From Felis catus (lineage: Eukaryota): a stretch of 64,000 bases of DNA. Of the stretch, positions 63,787 through 64,000 are shown in pieces. The notes below the pieces were generated by a model, which saw only the letters and a list, made by a program, of their open reading frames with translations, had not been told where the DNA came from and did no database searches. The first letter of the stretch is position 1; each line of letters opens with the position of its first letter. Made by a program: the position numbers and the translations under genes. Where the stretch lies: NCBI RefSeq assembly GCF_018350175.1, contig NC_058369.1, forward strand, positions 21,268,001-21,332,000. The letters are read 5' to 3'.

Positions 63787-64000
63787 AAAAAAGAATGAAA
63801 TCTTGCCATTTGCAGCTACGTGGATGGAACCAGAGGGTATTATGCCAAGTGAAATTAGTCAGTCAGAGAAAGACAAGTATCATATAACTTCACTCATATG
63901 AGGAATTTAAGGTACGAACAGATGAAAACAAGGGAAGAGAAGCAAAAATAATATAAAAACAGGGAGGGGGACAAAACATAAGAGACTCTTAAATATAGAG
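63787..64000 (+). mobile_element. Second L1 3'-end fragment, runs off the window
   Basis: Repeats the AAGAATGAAATCTTGCCATTTGCA segment of 63215-63420 with subfamily differences. Confidence 0.85.

Noticed and set aside
585..63809. Many 60-130 aa ORFs of the [16 protein letters not shown] type, and tRNA-like A/B boxes
   Set aside because: Translations and tRNA-derived heads of CAN-SINEs, not genes or tRNAs.

Overview
Mammalian genomic DNA, almost certainly from a felid: it is dense in young feline-type tRNA-derived CAN-SINEs and carnivore L1. The region is syntenic with human 3p21.1. From left to right it holds the 5' part of PBRM1 (minus strand, including an alternative exon encoding the MRRLAFRGAGCALVKL N-terminal extension), a CpG-island bidirectional promoter, and complete GNL3/nucleostemin (+, 15 coding exons, 549 aa). 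GNL3 introns host a C/D snoRNA array: three intact SNORD19-family copies, one atypical fourth copy, and SNORD69. Next come complete GLT8D1 (-, 371 aa, tail-to-tail with GNL3), a second bidirectional CpG island, complete SPCS1 (+), and the last exon and 3'UTR of NEK4 (-). The adjacent NEK4 intron carries an ~8 kb defective ERV1-class provirus with both LTRs, a tRNA-Pro PBS and a 4-bp TSD, inserted into an L1. The provirus appears mosaic and G-to-A hypermutated, and has a small hydrophobic ORF upstream of the env remnants. I cannot demonstrate a genuinely new biological system. The best leads are the provirus features, the atypical snoRNA copy, and a SINE whose target-site duplication copies a GNL3 splice donor. 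Gene and family names come from recalled sequence similarity, not database searches.
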